In this document: positions 1 to 15,768 of the stretch, piece by piece
Position numbering within the stretch: position 1 is the stretch's first letter
Layout of the letters: every line of letters starts with the position of its first letter
Assembly (NCBI GenBank): GCA_000165425.1
Contig: CT868108.1
Coordinates: forward strand, 372,001 to 436,000
Reading direction: 5' to 3'
DNA from: Paramecium tetraurelia
Taxonomy: Eukaryota
DNA length: 64,000 nucleotides
Translations under genes and position numbers: made by a program
The notes under the pieces: model-generated
Told to the model about the DNA's origin: nothing
What the model saw: only the letters and a program-made list of their open reading frames with translations
The model's database searches: none

Positions 1-1735
1 AAATTTGAATAAATTAACTATTGCTTCTACCTAAATCCAAAACTAATGAAGTCTAACAGAAGCTAAAATATTGTTTAAATTTAATTTATATTCTTAAAAC
101 CACAATCTAAATCAAAAATACATGAAAAACAGATCCTTCTAGAAAAATTAATGATATTTTTATTCTTGCCATCTAAATATTTATAAATGAATTAACATAT
201 ATATTACATGATTCATATATTAAGATAATCAGTTATTAATTTACATCTGAACTAACGAGAAGATACTTGTATCTGATAAGATACATATTTTTGTATACTT
301 ACTTTTAATTTAATTCAAGTTCGAAGAAATCTTAAATTTAAACTATTCGTAGATGAACAAAAGATTATGATGAATTTTTGATAATACATACAAATATTAT
401 GATGATTTAGTTTTCGATTCAGAAAGCGGTAAATTGATCAATGATTATTATGATTGCGTACATATTAATGATTAAGGTCTAAGATAATTTTTACCTTAGA
501 TTATTTTTTTCATCATTAAATGAATTTATTATTTATTAGTTAATAAATGTTATATACCTTAACATATTCTTTTTATGGATTAGATAAAGCCTTTGGATTC
601 TATTCAATATTGATTTTTATGATATAGGCTATATATTTTTACATAGTTTTAGAAATAAATTCTCTCTTTTTTTAAAATGATTTATTGTGATCTTATATTA
701 TATCAAATTTTGTTTAGTATGGTTAAAATGTTTATATTAAATTATTATTGAGGTCTTCTAATAAAAACGATACCTATTTTATAATCGTTTTTTATTTAAA
801 AAATGTTGCAAGTGAAGAAACTAATATAGATATCAGTTTAAGGAGATACATTTTTATTGATTCAATCATTTAAATATAAATTATAAAGACCATTACAACA
901 CTTAAATCCTGCGTTGGAATTAATATATTTATATATTTGATTTATCAAATAATTAATGAATTCAATTATATATTATACAATTTCTTTGATTATATCTTTC
1001 TATTTATATACTTGATTTATTAATCAAATATTTAATCTTATTGTTTTGGAATAATAAAAGATGATCATTTCCTTCAGCAAAATGTAATTACATCATTATA
1101 AAAACTGATTTTTTTTATATTCTAAACGCCTCTAAACATACAAAGAATTTATTAGATTTAGATCTTGAGATAATTACAAATTTTGTAAACAAGCATAAAA
1201 AACTGAAATTTACCACTAATAATAAAAAATATATATGAATTTTTGATTTGTTTAGTGTGTATGGGGATAAATTTCTATAAAAAAGATCATGCTGAAAATT
1301 AATGACTATTTATATGAATTATAAAAATATCTAGTTTCAAGTGGAATTTTTAGAATATTTATCTCAATATCAAGAAAAACATCTTTTTTTAATAATAATT
1401 ATTAGTCCAAACTTTGCATATGGTATATTCAAATGAATTATTTGAGATGTAAAATATATATTTATTAAGAATAGTGATGTGAAAAGGGAAGATTTTATAA
1501 AATATAGAAATGATTGGTATAACAGAAGATTTAAATTCTTAAAGTATTTATTAAATTTATGATAAAAATAAATCGTTATTGTAATAAAGAAAAATAGAAT
1601 AAGAAAATATGTATCAAATACTTTTTTTTAATGAAATTTATTAATTAACGAAGAAAGTAATATAATTTAAAACACGATTTATTTAAGAAGTTTATCTAAG
1701 TATTATAATAATGTACTATTATGATTGTTAATGAA

Positions 1736-2160
1736 TCACTCTTTTAAAGCAAACTTTCTTAATGAGAAATTGTTTAATCTTTTCCATTATCTGAGAGTTT
1801 TTTATGCTAATTAATATTGAAATATCGAACCTTTTTCGCTTCTGGTTAATCTTTATCTGATTGCTCTAGTTTATTTGCCTCTGAGATCAACAGGGAGTTT
1901 GCCACTTGATTTTGTGCTTGATTTAACTTAGTCGTGTCTTTATTGATTAATGACTGTTAAATATTTTGCAATTCGTTTTCTCACAAGCTGAAAATATATG
2001 GACTAAGAATTACTCCAATTCTGCCGAGCTTTTGAGCATTACCAGCTGAAACTTTGACTGTTCTTAATTGAATGAGTTCTGACTTAAGCTTTTCTAAATC
2101 CTTAAGAAGATCCTCTGGCTTTTAATCTCTGAGTTTTCTAACCTTGAACTTTTGTGACAT
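1736..2160 (-). CDS. RPL35: 60S ribosomal protein L35 (uL29), 2 introns
   Basis: Ciliate-code translation MSQKFKVRKLRDQKPEDLLKDLEKLKSELIQLRTVKV...LPVDLRGKQTRAIRQRLT...RKFALKE*. Removing 26- and 24-nt GT..AG introns leaves 125 codons. Confidence 0.95.
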
Positions 2161-2191
2161 ATTTTAAAAATAGATTTAATTTTTATTAAAA

Positions 2192-3393
<1,202 letters not shown>

Positions 3394-3405
3394 TGATAAA
3401 TATAA

Positions 3406-5194
3406 ATGTTTAATAATAATCCTTAAAAATACATAAACAGAAATGATATCAAGGAAATTAAAAAGAAATTTGATTGGATTGTCATTCATTCCGTTAATAG
3501 CAAAATTCCTGGAGTTACTTTAGAGGTATTATATTTTAATATTATAGCAAGCTATGCAAATCGTGGCTTAATAAATAGATTCATCGCCTCATATATTTTC
3601 AAGATGGGTTACTAGATAAAGTCGAAGAAATGTGGCAACATGGCCTTAGATTCTAGAATTGATTGAGACATACAACTAGTAATAGGAAACAGCATTCGAT
3701 AATTAAATTTATGAACAATCAAGTTTCTAATTCATCGAAGATAAGTTTATGTAATTTATTTTATTTTTCCTAAGGGTAATGAAACCATCATACTTCTAAA
3801 TAACAAACTAATAAGAAAAATAAATCTTTGTCTATTACATTGAAAATATGTCATATGTCAAATTGAAATAAGAATTCGCTATTCTAATTTTTAACAATAA
3901 AACGTTAGCTCTTATGAACATTCATAATTTCAAACCAATCCTTGTGGTTTCTGCTTAATCAATTGAAAAAACAAAGAAAAAACAGGCAGACGAGTTTATG
4001 GGTATCTTATAAAGACTTGATTAATAATAATCTAAAGACAGTTGGAAAAAATAAATTAATTTTTACAAAAAATCAATAGAAAACTCTTTTCATTTCGAAA
4101 GATTGGACACAAATTCTTCAATGAAAGAAAGACTGGATCCCATTTTGCAATGCAAAAGAGATATAGAACACCTATAAAAGGTAGTTAATTTGAATCCCTG
4201 GGATCCACAATTAAGACCTTTAAATCCAGATCCTAAAATGCAATTAATTAGAAAAAGAGGATAATCTGAACATTCTAAACGTTACCAAGTTCTTGAATAA
4301 GAGAATTATAAATTGAATTCTTCCTTATAAGTTTAGCTAATCTGTTCAAAAGATAATAATATTATATTAGTCTTAGAAAATCTAGTGCTATAATATTATT
4401 AATTGGAGTATGATTATAAAAATGGTGATTACTCCTTAAAAAAATGTCATGAATTCACATTAAACGATAAAATTGATTAAATTGCCATAACTTAGAATAA
4501 ATGGATTAAGTAAGATCATTGTTTAATTTTGAAATCAAAATAAATGTTAGTGTATTCTATGCCTGATTTTAAATTAGTGGATAAGATTTAGGTGGGTTAA
4601 TAAGCAGATACAATGTTATCAAATAAGATTATTATAATTTGTTAATATGATGGATTATTCAGTATAATAAAAGAGAATTTAAGGAAAAATCAATAAGAAT
4701 AATTTTATTCAGTGGGTCTTTAAAAATAGGTTAAATTTAATGATCTCAAATAATCAGTTTCAAGTCTTGATTATTCAAGCAAATACTAATTTGTAATTTT
4801 TGGCAGCATGTGTACGTTGGTCAGCATTTATGACATTCGCAAAGGATAGTTTATCCATTAATTTAGTGTTCTTAACACATCTTAATAATTTAATCAGATG
4901 AATGATAAGATTCTAAGGGTTTTTGTATTTGACTCTTAAAATCAATATCTAATTATTTTTACATCTGGATATGTTACAATTTGGGACATTTAGAGACATA
5001 AAAAAATATAAGAATGTATGAAATAATCGCCATAAAATAAAACACAACAATAGTATTTTTAAGGTATGTTTTTGGAACAAAGAGGAATGCTGTTATTAGG
5101 AGGATTCAATCTCTAAAGTTGGGTATCTAGAATCAACCCAATACAGATTTCGGATACTATTTTAGATTCCAATTCATCTCCTATATACTCCTGA
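3406..5194 (+). CDS. hypothetical protein, C-terminal half possibly beta-propeller/WD40-like
   Basis: Long ciliate-code frame with tiny introns. Segments such as VSIYDIRKG and GYVTIWDIQ resemble WD repeats. Ends SSPIYS*. Confidence 0.5.
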
Positions 5195-5302
5195 ATAATA
5201 TTATGATATATTTATTGTATTCCATTAAATTTCAATCTTTAATTAGGTAGTAATTCTTATTTTATATAAACAGTTATTTTGGTAATTAACATAAAGATAA
5301 AC

Positions 5303-6936
5303 TCAACCTAAGTTCTACATTTGTTCTATGTTCAATCTCTTTTGAACCCAGTCTTACCACTCGAAATAAGCCTTACCTTCCTTTTAACACTCTTTATACA
5401 GGGTTTCTGTGTTCACACTATAAATCTCATCAAAATTATCTGAGTTCATTTTCACGCATTATACTAGCTAAAATGGAATAGTTTAAATATATTTACAAGT
5501 TCAAAGAAGATGTAATATGGATCTGGGTAAGACTTCTAAATTTCAATTATTTTTGAATTAGATCTCTTTCCAAGCTATTGCAAATACTATTACACACCAA
5601 CTTATTCAATAGTTTTTGATTTTCTTTATTTGGCAACCGTGATCCTATTATTAATGTCTGAGAATTGAAATTTTGGAATCTAAGTTTTATTTAGATCTAA
5701 TCTTGCTGTTTATGAAACAAATTATGAATTAGGAGCACTTTCAATTTGATTATCTTCTTAAACACTTTTGATTTTATCTCTTAAATTCTCCTTCTCAACC
5801 TAATTGACTTCAAAGGTTGAAACAACAGTATAAAGATCGCTTTCATTTTAGTTGCCTTTTTGGGTTTAATCTGATTGCTCTTACCTTTCAGAAACTTCTG
5901 GAATTTGAAATTTATATAATTATTATCTGTATGACAGTAAAGGGAGTTATAATTTAAGATTAGGTTGTGTTTATTAATAATTCGATTATTAGACTTCGCT
6001 GAATTAAGTTGCTTCTAAGTTAGTGGTGTAGGCGCTATTTTATAAATTGTAATCTTAATCATCTCCTTTTTTTTCAATTGCTTTTTCGTTTTATTTCATC
6101 TTAGTAATGTTTATTGATCTAATTTACTCCTTCAATTGATCTATTTAAATTTCATAATCAATTACAATTTCATTTTAGATTTTGAGATCTTATTCTAATG
6201 ATTATATCAGAATATCCTACTATTACTTTTGTAATTTTAATTATGAAAACTCAAACTTCATTTATTTCAATAGTAAATTTAGTTCTTCTATTTAATCTTT
6301 ATAATCATTGATCTCAATTTAATTAGCTTACAAATCTGATTTCAATTTTTGATTCACAGCCTATAATTCTTATTAAAAATTTTGATTTTTCACTAATTAT
6401 TATTCTTAAAGTTAAATAATTTCTGTTATGCTACCATTATCTATTTGGCTCCTTTGAATTCTTAAGTTTTGATTTTCTAGATTAGTGTTTTGATTCTTTA
6501 AAATTGATACTTATTGCTCCAAATCTGAAATAACATTTAATTATTCATCTATGATCTAACATTTTTCATGGTACAAGTTCTACAATAATAGACATACATT
6601 CTACCTTATACTGAAGTATTTAATCTCTTTCTTATTGCAATTCGTTTAAGAGTTGCTTTCTTTGTTTTTCTTGAAAATCATTATTTTCTTATTCATCATC
6701 CTGTTTAGCTTATAAAGTTCCTATTAAAAATAGAGAGATGTAAATTAGATTTTCGATAACACCCTGGTCTTGATTGATTTATTCCATCATAAATTTGATC
6801 TCATCTTTGAATAATGATTAATCTTACTATTTTTTTCTTCCGATGAAGTGTCATTCATTCTCTTTTCAAAGAAAGATTCGCTGTACATTTCTTCAATCTT
6901 CTTGATATATTCATTAATTTGCGCTAATTCGTTCAT
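5303..6936 (-). CDS. coiled-coil protein with conserved-looking C-terminal helical domain
   Basis: MNELAQINEYIKKIEE..., Q/E/K-rich middle, C-terminus DPYYIFFEL/LVQCVKMNSDNF...LYKECQKEGKAYFEWQDWVQKRL. Confidence 0.6.
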
Positions 6937-7007
6937 TCCCTAGATTGAATTTTGGTTTTAAAAATTATAGAAAATATGCAGATATATATTATGTATAATT
7001 TCAACAA

Positions 7008-9239
7008 TCATTCTGGATAAGAATTTTATTCCGTAATAAACTTGTATAAACACTTCAGATCTAAGATCGCATCTTCATATTCATCATCTATGACCTGTAA
7101 TTTGATCATCTCACAAATGGGCTAGTATTTAAACAACTCCCTTATATCTAAAATCAAATCTTCCTTATGATGGCATAAAATTGAAATCTGCTTAGCGAAT
7201 ATTTCAGGTGCTTCAAGCAAGAATTCATCCCTTATTATCAATTTCAACAATGGCACTGAATTGATAATAATTTTATTGTCATCTGTGATTTGCTTCTCAA
7301 ATTCATTCTCCATTTCCATACATGAAATGAAATATTATCTTATAGCCTTACATAGCAACATAATTCCTATCAACTTTTAATTGAAATCAAAGAATAACTT
7401 ACCATCAACAAATTTAAAATATCTCAAAATTTCAGGAAATGCTATATCTTTACTGGATATTTCCGACAAAAACAAAATGAATAGCTGTTTACAAAATTCT
7501 AATTATTCTATTGTTAAATCCTCATTATTTGATTTTACTATTATTTCTGAATCAAAGAACTTTGTTTTTATACAACACAACTTAGCCTTACTCCTTTCTG
7601 ATGACTTTGACTACTTAATATAGGATTCCACCTTATTCATAACACTCCCAACATATTAAGGAATGTCCTACTACTGGTTTGGTTCTCCAAAGACCTCGTC
7701 TTTATATAATTCATTCAGTTTCGATTACAAAGCCTTGAATTTTCTATCGTTTATAACAAAACTTAATTAATCCAATTCATCTATTCTATCTAATACCAAT
7801 TGAAGCACTGAATACAATACTGTCTCATCTCTATCCTCAATATTCTTATTTGAATGCTCAAAATTTAATTAGTCAAGACCCTTAAAATCTAAATAGTCAA
7901 AATCATTCATCTTCAACTATTAAGCAATAGTTTCCATGCCCTATTTGTCAACAATCAATTTCACTAGTTCCACACTCGGCAATATGTATATCCCCTATTC
8001 TTCTGGCCTATCTTAAACATTGTATCTGCTCTTTCTAAGTGACAAGTACTGAAGCACTTCTGGTACTGGAACATCTAGCTAGACAGCAGAGAACAACAGA
8101 GTTTTAGCTGCTTTCTTAATGATTTTCTGGTGTAAAAGTTAGGCCTCACTACAACCACCATGTTGATATTTATTCATTATTGGTCCTGTCAAAACATAAT
8201 TATTTATTCTTTCTAAAAAGGCAATAATTAATTCACATTTCTTATCTGCACATTTGGCTTTGGCAGTCAGCTTATCCTTTAATTATCTTAATTTCTTTTA
8301 AAAGATGATTCCTGAACATGTTGCTATTATTTGTTCTCGATGTTATTCTCTCTTCTCATAAACAAGTTTAACCATTTCATAAATCAATTCTAATTAATCT
8401 GTATTGTAATTAGTTCTATAGTATTTGATTTAATCATCAGCACTAACATTCTCACCAACCTTTTGCCATAATTGATTAGCCAAGTCATCGCAATCTTTTA
8501 AGTACAAAGAGTAGATGTAAGTCTTCTAAAGTATTTTAAAATCTTGGAGAATCTTTGGCACTGGTACTTTTTTTTCAATGAGTATTGTCAAAGCTTGCAA
8601 TATTCTTATTCTACATTATGGCCATTTATATTGGTAATCATCTCGCATCATAGTATCCTTACCAATCTATGAGTTCTTGCTTTATTTTGATTATTTTTTG
8701 TCTTCCTATTGAAAATCATTAACCATTTATCTAATATCTTCATCATCAAAGTCTTAAATCAAAGGTATAGATTTCAGTTTCTCCAAGATCTCATTATTTT
8801 TTGTATTTTCTTTAGATCTTTTTACATTTTATTCTTTTTTATGGTGATCACTCTTTTTGATTTCAAAAGATTAGTTTTGTAAATTAATCTCTTCATTTTA
8901 TATTTGAGGATATTATTTCTCAAGAATATCTTATTATTTGGCTTGCATTTTTTAGGATTTGTTTCTTATTTTATTCCGAGACAAATCCTCTGTTTATTAT
9001 CCTGATCCTTAATTTTCATAACTTGAGTCTCCATCTGAATCGGATTAAGAATTATAGTTTTAAATTTAACACTAATTTGATAAATAGTGATATAATTATT
9101 CTTTACTTTTTAACATGAATTTTTAAATGTGAAATTTCTATATTAATTTTAAGAAATCTTAATAATCCTTCAATTCTGAGTAGTTTTGACTTTTAAAAAC
9201 AGGCAATTGATTCGCAAGTTGTGTTGTGGAATTAAACAT
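7008..9239 (-). CDS. hypothetical alpha-helical protein (~740 aa)
   Basis: Long ciliate-code frame from MFNSTTQLANQLPVF to FITEQNSYPE*. Contains track ORF 7122-7319. Confidence 0.65.
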
Positions 9240-9366
9240 TAATATTTATCAATCAAACTCACAATGTAATATTTGGCAAAATTTTACAAGGATTTGAAAC
9301 ATTAATCAAGATTAAAAATCAACTATATAAATGAACACAATTATATTAATTACTAACAACATATGA

Positions 9367-9942
9367 TCATTGATTCATAGTCTAATAATCTACATTCAGA
9401 AATTCTATTTATGACTAATTATACTGCTTTGTTGAAAACTGAGAATCTTTGGGATTACAGAGATTAAAAATAAATTCAATAGAAACAATATATAATGGTA
9501 TTATAGTTCATTTTAATATTGCTATCAGTTTTCTTAAAGGTATCTCCTCTTTTACAAACTCCTACTTTGGTTACCTATAAATTTGTGGCTATTAGTAGTT
9601 AAGAGGATCTATTCGTTCATTTTAATCTAGTAGGTTGGTTTCGAATGAAATCGTATCGTATAATTAAAATATAGGAATACCTATGAAATCATTTTCTTTT
9701 GTTTGCTGAAACTTATTCGTTTGATTAATTTCTTAAACATTTGACTTGATTATTTTGTGAAATTGAATATTGGAACCACAGTGAGTTAGATTTGAGTAAT
9801 TATTCAAAGAGATTTTTTAGAGTTTTGAAATCTCTCGCTCTTATTTTAAATTTAATAGAACATCCTCAGAAAACAGCTAAGTAAATTGATCATTCCTCTC
9901 CTTTTATAGCCACCTAATAAAGTCTGTTTTAGCATCGTTCAT
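9367..9942 (-). CDS. hypothetical protein
   Basis: MNDAKTDFIRWLQKERNDQFTQLFSEDV... open in ciliate code. The 3' end is uncertain. Confidence 0.4.
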
Positions 9943-10042
9943 TTATCCTTGTAATATTTATGAATAAAATTATAATTATTAACATCATTTTTTAATTCTT
10001 AAATATTCTAATAGAATATTATAAAAATATTATGAAGTCTAG

Positions 10043-11831
10043 TCAAAAGTTTAAGGATTAATAAAAATATTCACAATAATCTTTAAATTAAATTTAAAGA
10101 TCCTTATAACCTGGCTATTCATAGAGTGGTCGCATTTCCTCATTCGAACCCAAGCCAAGAATGCAACAATGTTTGGTTGGTTGATATTTCGGATGCTTGT
10201 CATCAATACTTACGGCTACATCGATATAATTTTACTAAGTGAAATCACAATAGATTATTTGTTTTTGCTATAAGATAATGATCAAAGATATACATTAAAG
10301 ATTGAATCTGGATTTTCGTATATAGGAAGACTAATAAAATGATCAATGAATAATTAATGCAATAGGGTAACAAAGATTTTCATTGCCTCCTTATAATTGG
10401 GGATTTTAGAATATTAGGAATACCATTCATGAATGAGGATAACTCGCTAGACAAGTATTTAGATATAAACATAATCCATTTGAATCATCTTTGTTACTTC
10501 CACATTAATTTATCTAAGTAATTTAAACCATTTACCCCATTGTAACATTTGGTCTTAATTCCACCCTATCAGTTACAAACTATGGGTGACCAGGCAATAA
10601 ATAACCCCCTGGAGTTGATATTTTCTTAATAAACTGTTTATGTTCGTCTGTCATAGAACTCTTAGTCATAAATGGTATTTTCTTAAAAAGAACAGTTATT
10701 ATGGAAAATATTAATTTAGATTTGATATCAACTTCTTATTTATCGAAAATATTCCAATTTTTAGTTAAATACTTGTTTTTATTGCATTCAACAACAAACA
10801 AAACAAAAACTTCTTTGTAGTTCTATTTAATTTGATAAATCAATTACAAATTCATGATCGAATTTATCAATTAATTACTATGCTTCAGTATTGTAATACT
10901 CTTGTCTTCGTTGTAGCCAAACTCTTTTCAAATATTTTCTAAGCACTAAACCAATTCTAAAATACCAAAATACTCCAGATAGCTTTCTCCTCAATTTGAG
11001 TTTCTCTTCTTCTGTAAAGATCTTTTTTTAATTATTCTTTCCTTTTCCTTTCCCCTACTATCTTATATTGTAACTTATCTAACTATCATTAATAGAGACT
11101 CTACTATTTGTTCTCTGGTGATCTGAATAATCTTAGTCTCTAATCCTGTGATGATCTCTATCTTTTATTTATTTCTTATCTTTATTCCTCTTGTAACGTT
11201 ATCTATCATCATAATGTCTTCTTCCATCCAAATTTGAATGATGTCTATGTTACCTGCTTCTGTCATCTTGATCATCAGTATATTAACTTGGGTAAGAATC
11301 TTTTCTCTATCTATTTGGATCCCTTAAGTGGTTATTACCTTTCTAAAGCATCTCCAGAACTATTTTTTTGTAAGGGTCATCCTGATTGGATTATTATTAT
11401 TATGGATATGGATACATAAATGGCGGAGGCATAGGAAAGTATGGATTCATGAACATATATGGAGGCATCATTGGCTGCACTTATTATTGTTATTGTGGCG
11501 GACCAGGTAAATATTGTGGAATTATAATTGGATGTTGAACAGGTTGTTTTGGACCTTATTCAATATTATTTATTTGTCTCCTCAGAGTTTTTACTTCCTC
11601 TAGCAACTGCAAAGTGACTTCATCCTTCTCTGGGTTAGGTTATATAACAGATTGATTGAATTGAGGCCTGTAGGATTGCTCTGTTTTAGACTCCTTTACT
11701 AGATTAACAAGTTCTTTTATAGTGTCTTTCTATTGTTCCAGTTTTCTTCTTAAATCTTGAATCTATTTGGAATCTCTAAAACTCTTGTTTTCCAGCTCGG
11801 GTAATACAAGACGATTTGGTGTTTTGGACAT
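10043..11831 (-). CDS. hypothetical protein with Pro/Met/Tyr-rich and Arg/Asp-rich low-complexity segments
   Basis: MSKTPNRLVLPELENK...PMMPPYMFMNPYFPMPPPFMYPYP...RHYDDRQRYKRNKDK...CEYFYQSLNF*, with several tiny introns. Confidence 0.65.
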
Positions 11832-11893
11832 TAATTGAAAAATTATTACAAATAGTTTTAAATATTTCTTCATAAAATTGTTATAAGTGAAAT

Positions 11894-12792
11894 ATGAAAT
11901 ATACTAATTCTGATGTACATCTGTGTGGATTTGCTTTAACCATGATTGCCTCTTGATTTAGTTTAGACATTGCAATTTGAAATACAAATTTCCAACTAGT
12001 TTTTAGACAATTTAATAAAGGAAGTTACCAACAAATACACTTAAATTATAAGGGCTTAAAATAAAGGAAACCCAAGGAGTAAGAACGATAAGAATTATGT
12101 TTTTAGATTGAAAGGAGATTTTTTCTCTTTAATAATATTCTTATGCTGAAAACTTTAAAAGTGTTATAAAAAAACTTGAATCATAAAAGAAAAGCTATGT
12201 TATATGTTAGATAATTTGATATTTTTGGGTGAAGATTTTATGAGTTGGGTTAAAATTCTTTGTAAATGGAGAGAGTTTTAGATTGAAGGAATTAGATAGA
12301 GGGTAGTATGGGTAGAGGAAACTTTGTTAAGTAGATAGTAAGAATAACTAAAACTTAGAAATCTATACATATAAAAACGGATTTCATATTAAAATACAGC
12401 GAGATAGGAATTGTTATATCAAGTATATGAAAGCAACAGGTTAAAACTAGAGTTACTTTATAAAATGCTTTCTAAACTGATGTAAAATTACGATATGGAT
12501 AAAATTTGTTGCGTGATTATCTATTTATATAAGGACTAAAAACAACAGAAAGGTCTTGCTTAAGATATTCAACTACTTAGAACAATGAATAAATTTTATT
12601 ATTATTAGTCTATTAAAAATCATTACTGATATTCTACTTAGGGATCTAATACTGTGGTATGAGGTTAAGTTAGCTTTTTAACTCTATCATATCTCAGTAC
12701 TTTGCTTTAAACCAGAAGTCCAGTTAATTGAGAACTCAATGTTAATTATCAATCTGATAAGTGATTAATCGTTCAAAAAGCACAACTGTTGA
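11894..12792 (+). CDS. hypothetical protein (5' structure uncertain)
   Basis: Coding-like frame IFLGEDFMSWVKILCKWREFQIEGIRQRVVWVEETLL... ending SFKKHNC*. The start codon is not securely resolved. Confidence 0.35.
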
Positions 12793-12820
12793 ACATTATT
12801 ATTAATTATATTATTAACAG

Positions 12821-13402
12821 ATGAACTTCAATTAATTGGTATTCCCAACATAAAACAAATCTCAAAAATCATTAAATTCTCATCAATAAAACTCCAACAA
12901 TTCAAACAAAAAAACAATATCAAATACTCCTCTCCTATCTAAGCATCCTACAACAAATAAGATCAACAATAGGGACGATATCAAAAATAAGGAAAAATTC
13001 TTAGATCTTAAAAATTTAAAGACTCCAATAACAAAATAAATCTCCCTTGACACAGAACCCTAGTACTTTAAGGGAAAGAGACCTTCAGCATAAACTATCT
13101 CGAATGATGTAGAAAAGGCTAAATTTCTTTAAATTTAAACAACAAGAACTGTGCGCACTAGTTAGATTGATCGAAATAATACAATGAAAATACAAGAAAC
13201 ACACTAAATATCAACAGAATAGAGGAATAAAAATTACTTCAAAAGCGATTGCATTAATAATGACAAGATCTTAGATTTGCTATTATTGAATACGTAAGAA
13301 TTGAAAGGCATTTTCCAGAAGGAGAAAGAACCACCACAAAGAGCAAAGCCAAGAATAAACAATGTTAAAGGTTTTCCATCCGATTTCTTTTCTTTATTGT
13401 GA
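12821..13402 (+). CDS. hypothetical low-complexity protein
   Basis: Uninterrupted ciliate-code ORF MNFNQLVFPTQNKSQ...NNVKGFPSDFFSLL*. Confidence 0.6.
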
Positions 13403-14681
13403 ATTTTACAAATCATCAAATTTTGATTAAATATTCAAAAATACTAATTATTGAATATGTTTCTCTTTAATTTATCTAGATACAATATTAATAAGTTTCA
13501 TCTTCTAATATAATTAGTATATTATTTGATAAATATTCTAATTTTATATTATATAGAGAATAATCAACAAATATTGTAATACTCTTTTCTTAATCTAACA
13601 GCTCGCATTCAGATGGAATAGAAACCTAGTTTCACTATGAAAGGATTTGCAAGGTTAGAATTCGATAGTCAAATATTATGTCAATGCAAAATTTCATCAA
13701 ATCAATATTAATTGTGAAATTTCCATTTTTAGTTATTACATTTGCTAATTTTTTGAGATGCAGATTTTGACTTACAAACTCAGAATTTATAAACTTTAAT
13801 TGTATTAAAGCTCAATCTTTATAAATATAATTTTTGAATAATCTCATTTCTTATTCTTAATTTTCAACTACAACCTTAACTATTCTTAAAAGCTATAAGT
13901 CGTTTTATCATTTGATTAGATATATTCATTTAATAATTTAATATTTTTATCAAATAAATTAATTTAATTAGTCTAAGTCTACAAACAAATGTCAAGTTAG
14001 AATAAAATTTATTTAATGTGTACTGTTTGAATCAACATGTTGTATTAAGTAATAGTCTAATTATAAAAAAAGAATTAATTAATTCTCTAGAAGTCCTTAA
14101 TTACTGTTCATCATAGAACAAACTCTTATGATTTTCTTTTTTATCATACCAAGTTAAATATTCCACTAGAATGTTAGATTTCCTTTGAATAGTTAATACA
14201 GATTTCTATAATTGTAATTTTAATGAACCTTTTATATCATCGTTATTTAAACTAATACTAAGTTTAGATGCATATTTCACAGTAAACTAAAGAGAATACA
14301 ATTTGTTCCAGTCTTTTCCTTCGATTGCTGTATTCAAATTTAATTATATCAATCGAAAAGATTACATTAGTAAAAGTGAAGTAAATTTCTTTTGATATAA
14401 ATTGAAAAATATTCAGGAAGACAACAATTATTAAAATTGGTATCTTATGAATTATTCACCATTTAATATATACACCTATTTTTTATTACTATTGTAATGA
14501 CTTTTCTACTATGTGAATAAGTAAATTATTACAATGGGTTTTTTTGATCTTGGTTATAAAGGGAGTCTCAAGGGCTTTTAATTAAATATGGCATGGAGTG
14601 GGCAGTGATGTTATGTTTGAGCATGAATTTAGGTCAGATGGTTGATTTTGAATAGTATTCCTATTATCATTTAATTAAATA

Positions 14682-15698
14682 ATGAATAATAGCTTCAATA
14701 ATTTCAGAGAATGTTACAACCTCCCTGGCCTTCGTAGTTTCAACTCTTAAAGTGACACTTCTCTGTTTCGAAATAAGTAATCGAGCTTCAAGAACGATCG
14801 ACATAATCTGCATAGCTCTAATGAAGAATTATTTGCTGATATTGAAAGATCCTGCAATATGAATGTGAGTGGAGAGTCACTTCCAACAAGTGAGGAAGAA
14901 CATAGTCTAATCGATTAAGCAATCGACATGTTTTCAGGTATTGTACTTGTAAAACTTTCCCAGATACAAAAGTAATATTGCCGAAGCAACAAGCAGACAT
15001 CAGAGATGTGCAAGACCAAATGATAAAAGACATCAATCATGTTTTTGTAGATTCGTGTTATAAATCATATCTTTCGACAGAAATATTCGAACCCGAATTT
15101 CTTGAGAATAATCAATCCTTAAAAGACTAATTCTACGAGAACAACCACAGACGTAAACGTAAAACTATATCGGATGAGGATTCCCATAATTTTATTGTAC
15201 GAATTGATGGTATTGAAGGAGATACAAGAACAACTGTCATGGTTAAAAATATCCCAAATAAATACACTATTCAAATGCTCAAAGAATTAATTGATTATCA
15301 TCATTCAGCCTCCTATGACTTCCTCTACCTTCCCATAGATTTCAAGGTATCATATAGTACACAATCCTTATAGAACAAATGCAATATGGGTTATGCATTC
15401 ATCAATTTTGTTGAGAGTCGAATGATAACTTCTTTTCACAATGAGTTTCACGGTTAGAAGTGGCCTCATTTTAACAGTGAAAAAGTAATTGCCCCCTTAT
15501 TATTGTAGATTTGCTAGTTGAGATATGCAAGAATCCAGGGCAGATCTGCATTGTTACAACATTTCCAATTTTCAAGTGTAATGAACCAAAAAGATAAGAA
15601 ACTCAAGCCAGTGATTGTACCTCAAAATGAACTATAACGTATACAGTAGATGATTTAAGTACACCTATCAATTATATTCTTAGATGTAAAAATAATGA
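14682..15698 (+). CDS. Mei2-like RNA-binding protein (C-terminal RRM3 / RRM_2 domain only)
   Basis: Diagnostic [16 protein letters not shown]...[23 protein letters not shown]...[19 protein letters not shown]. Four introns, 305 codons. Confidence 0.92.
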
Positions 15699-15768
15699 AA
15701 TGTAAAAACAATTTTGTTTAGGGAATATTGATAGCACAATAGATCTCAATTTTGAGTATGCTCATTAA

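Noticed and set aside
1..1730. Possible ion-channel-like gene on the + strand
   Set aside because: Hydrophobic stretches are present but there is no pore motif or consistent frame, so it cannot be supported.
14600..14655. Possible box C/D snoRNA (GTGATG...)
   Set aside because: No properly placed CTGA box D or terminal stem on the same strand.
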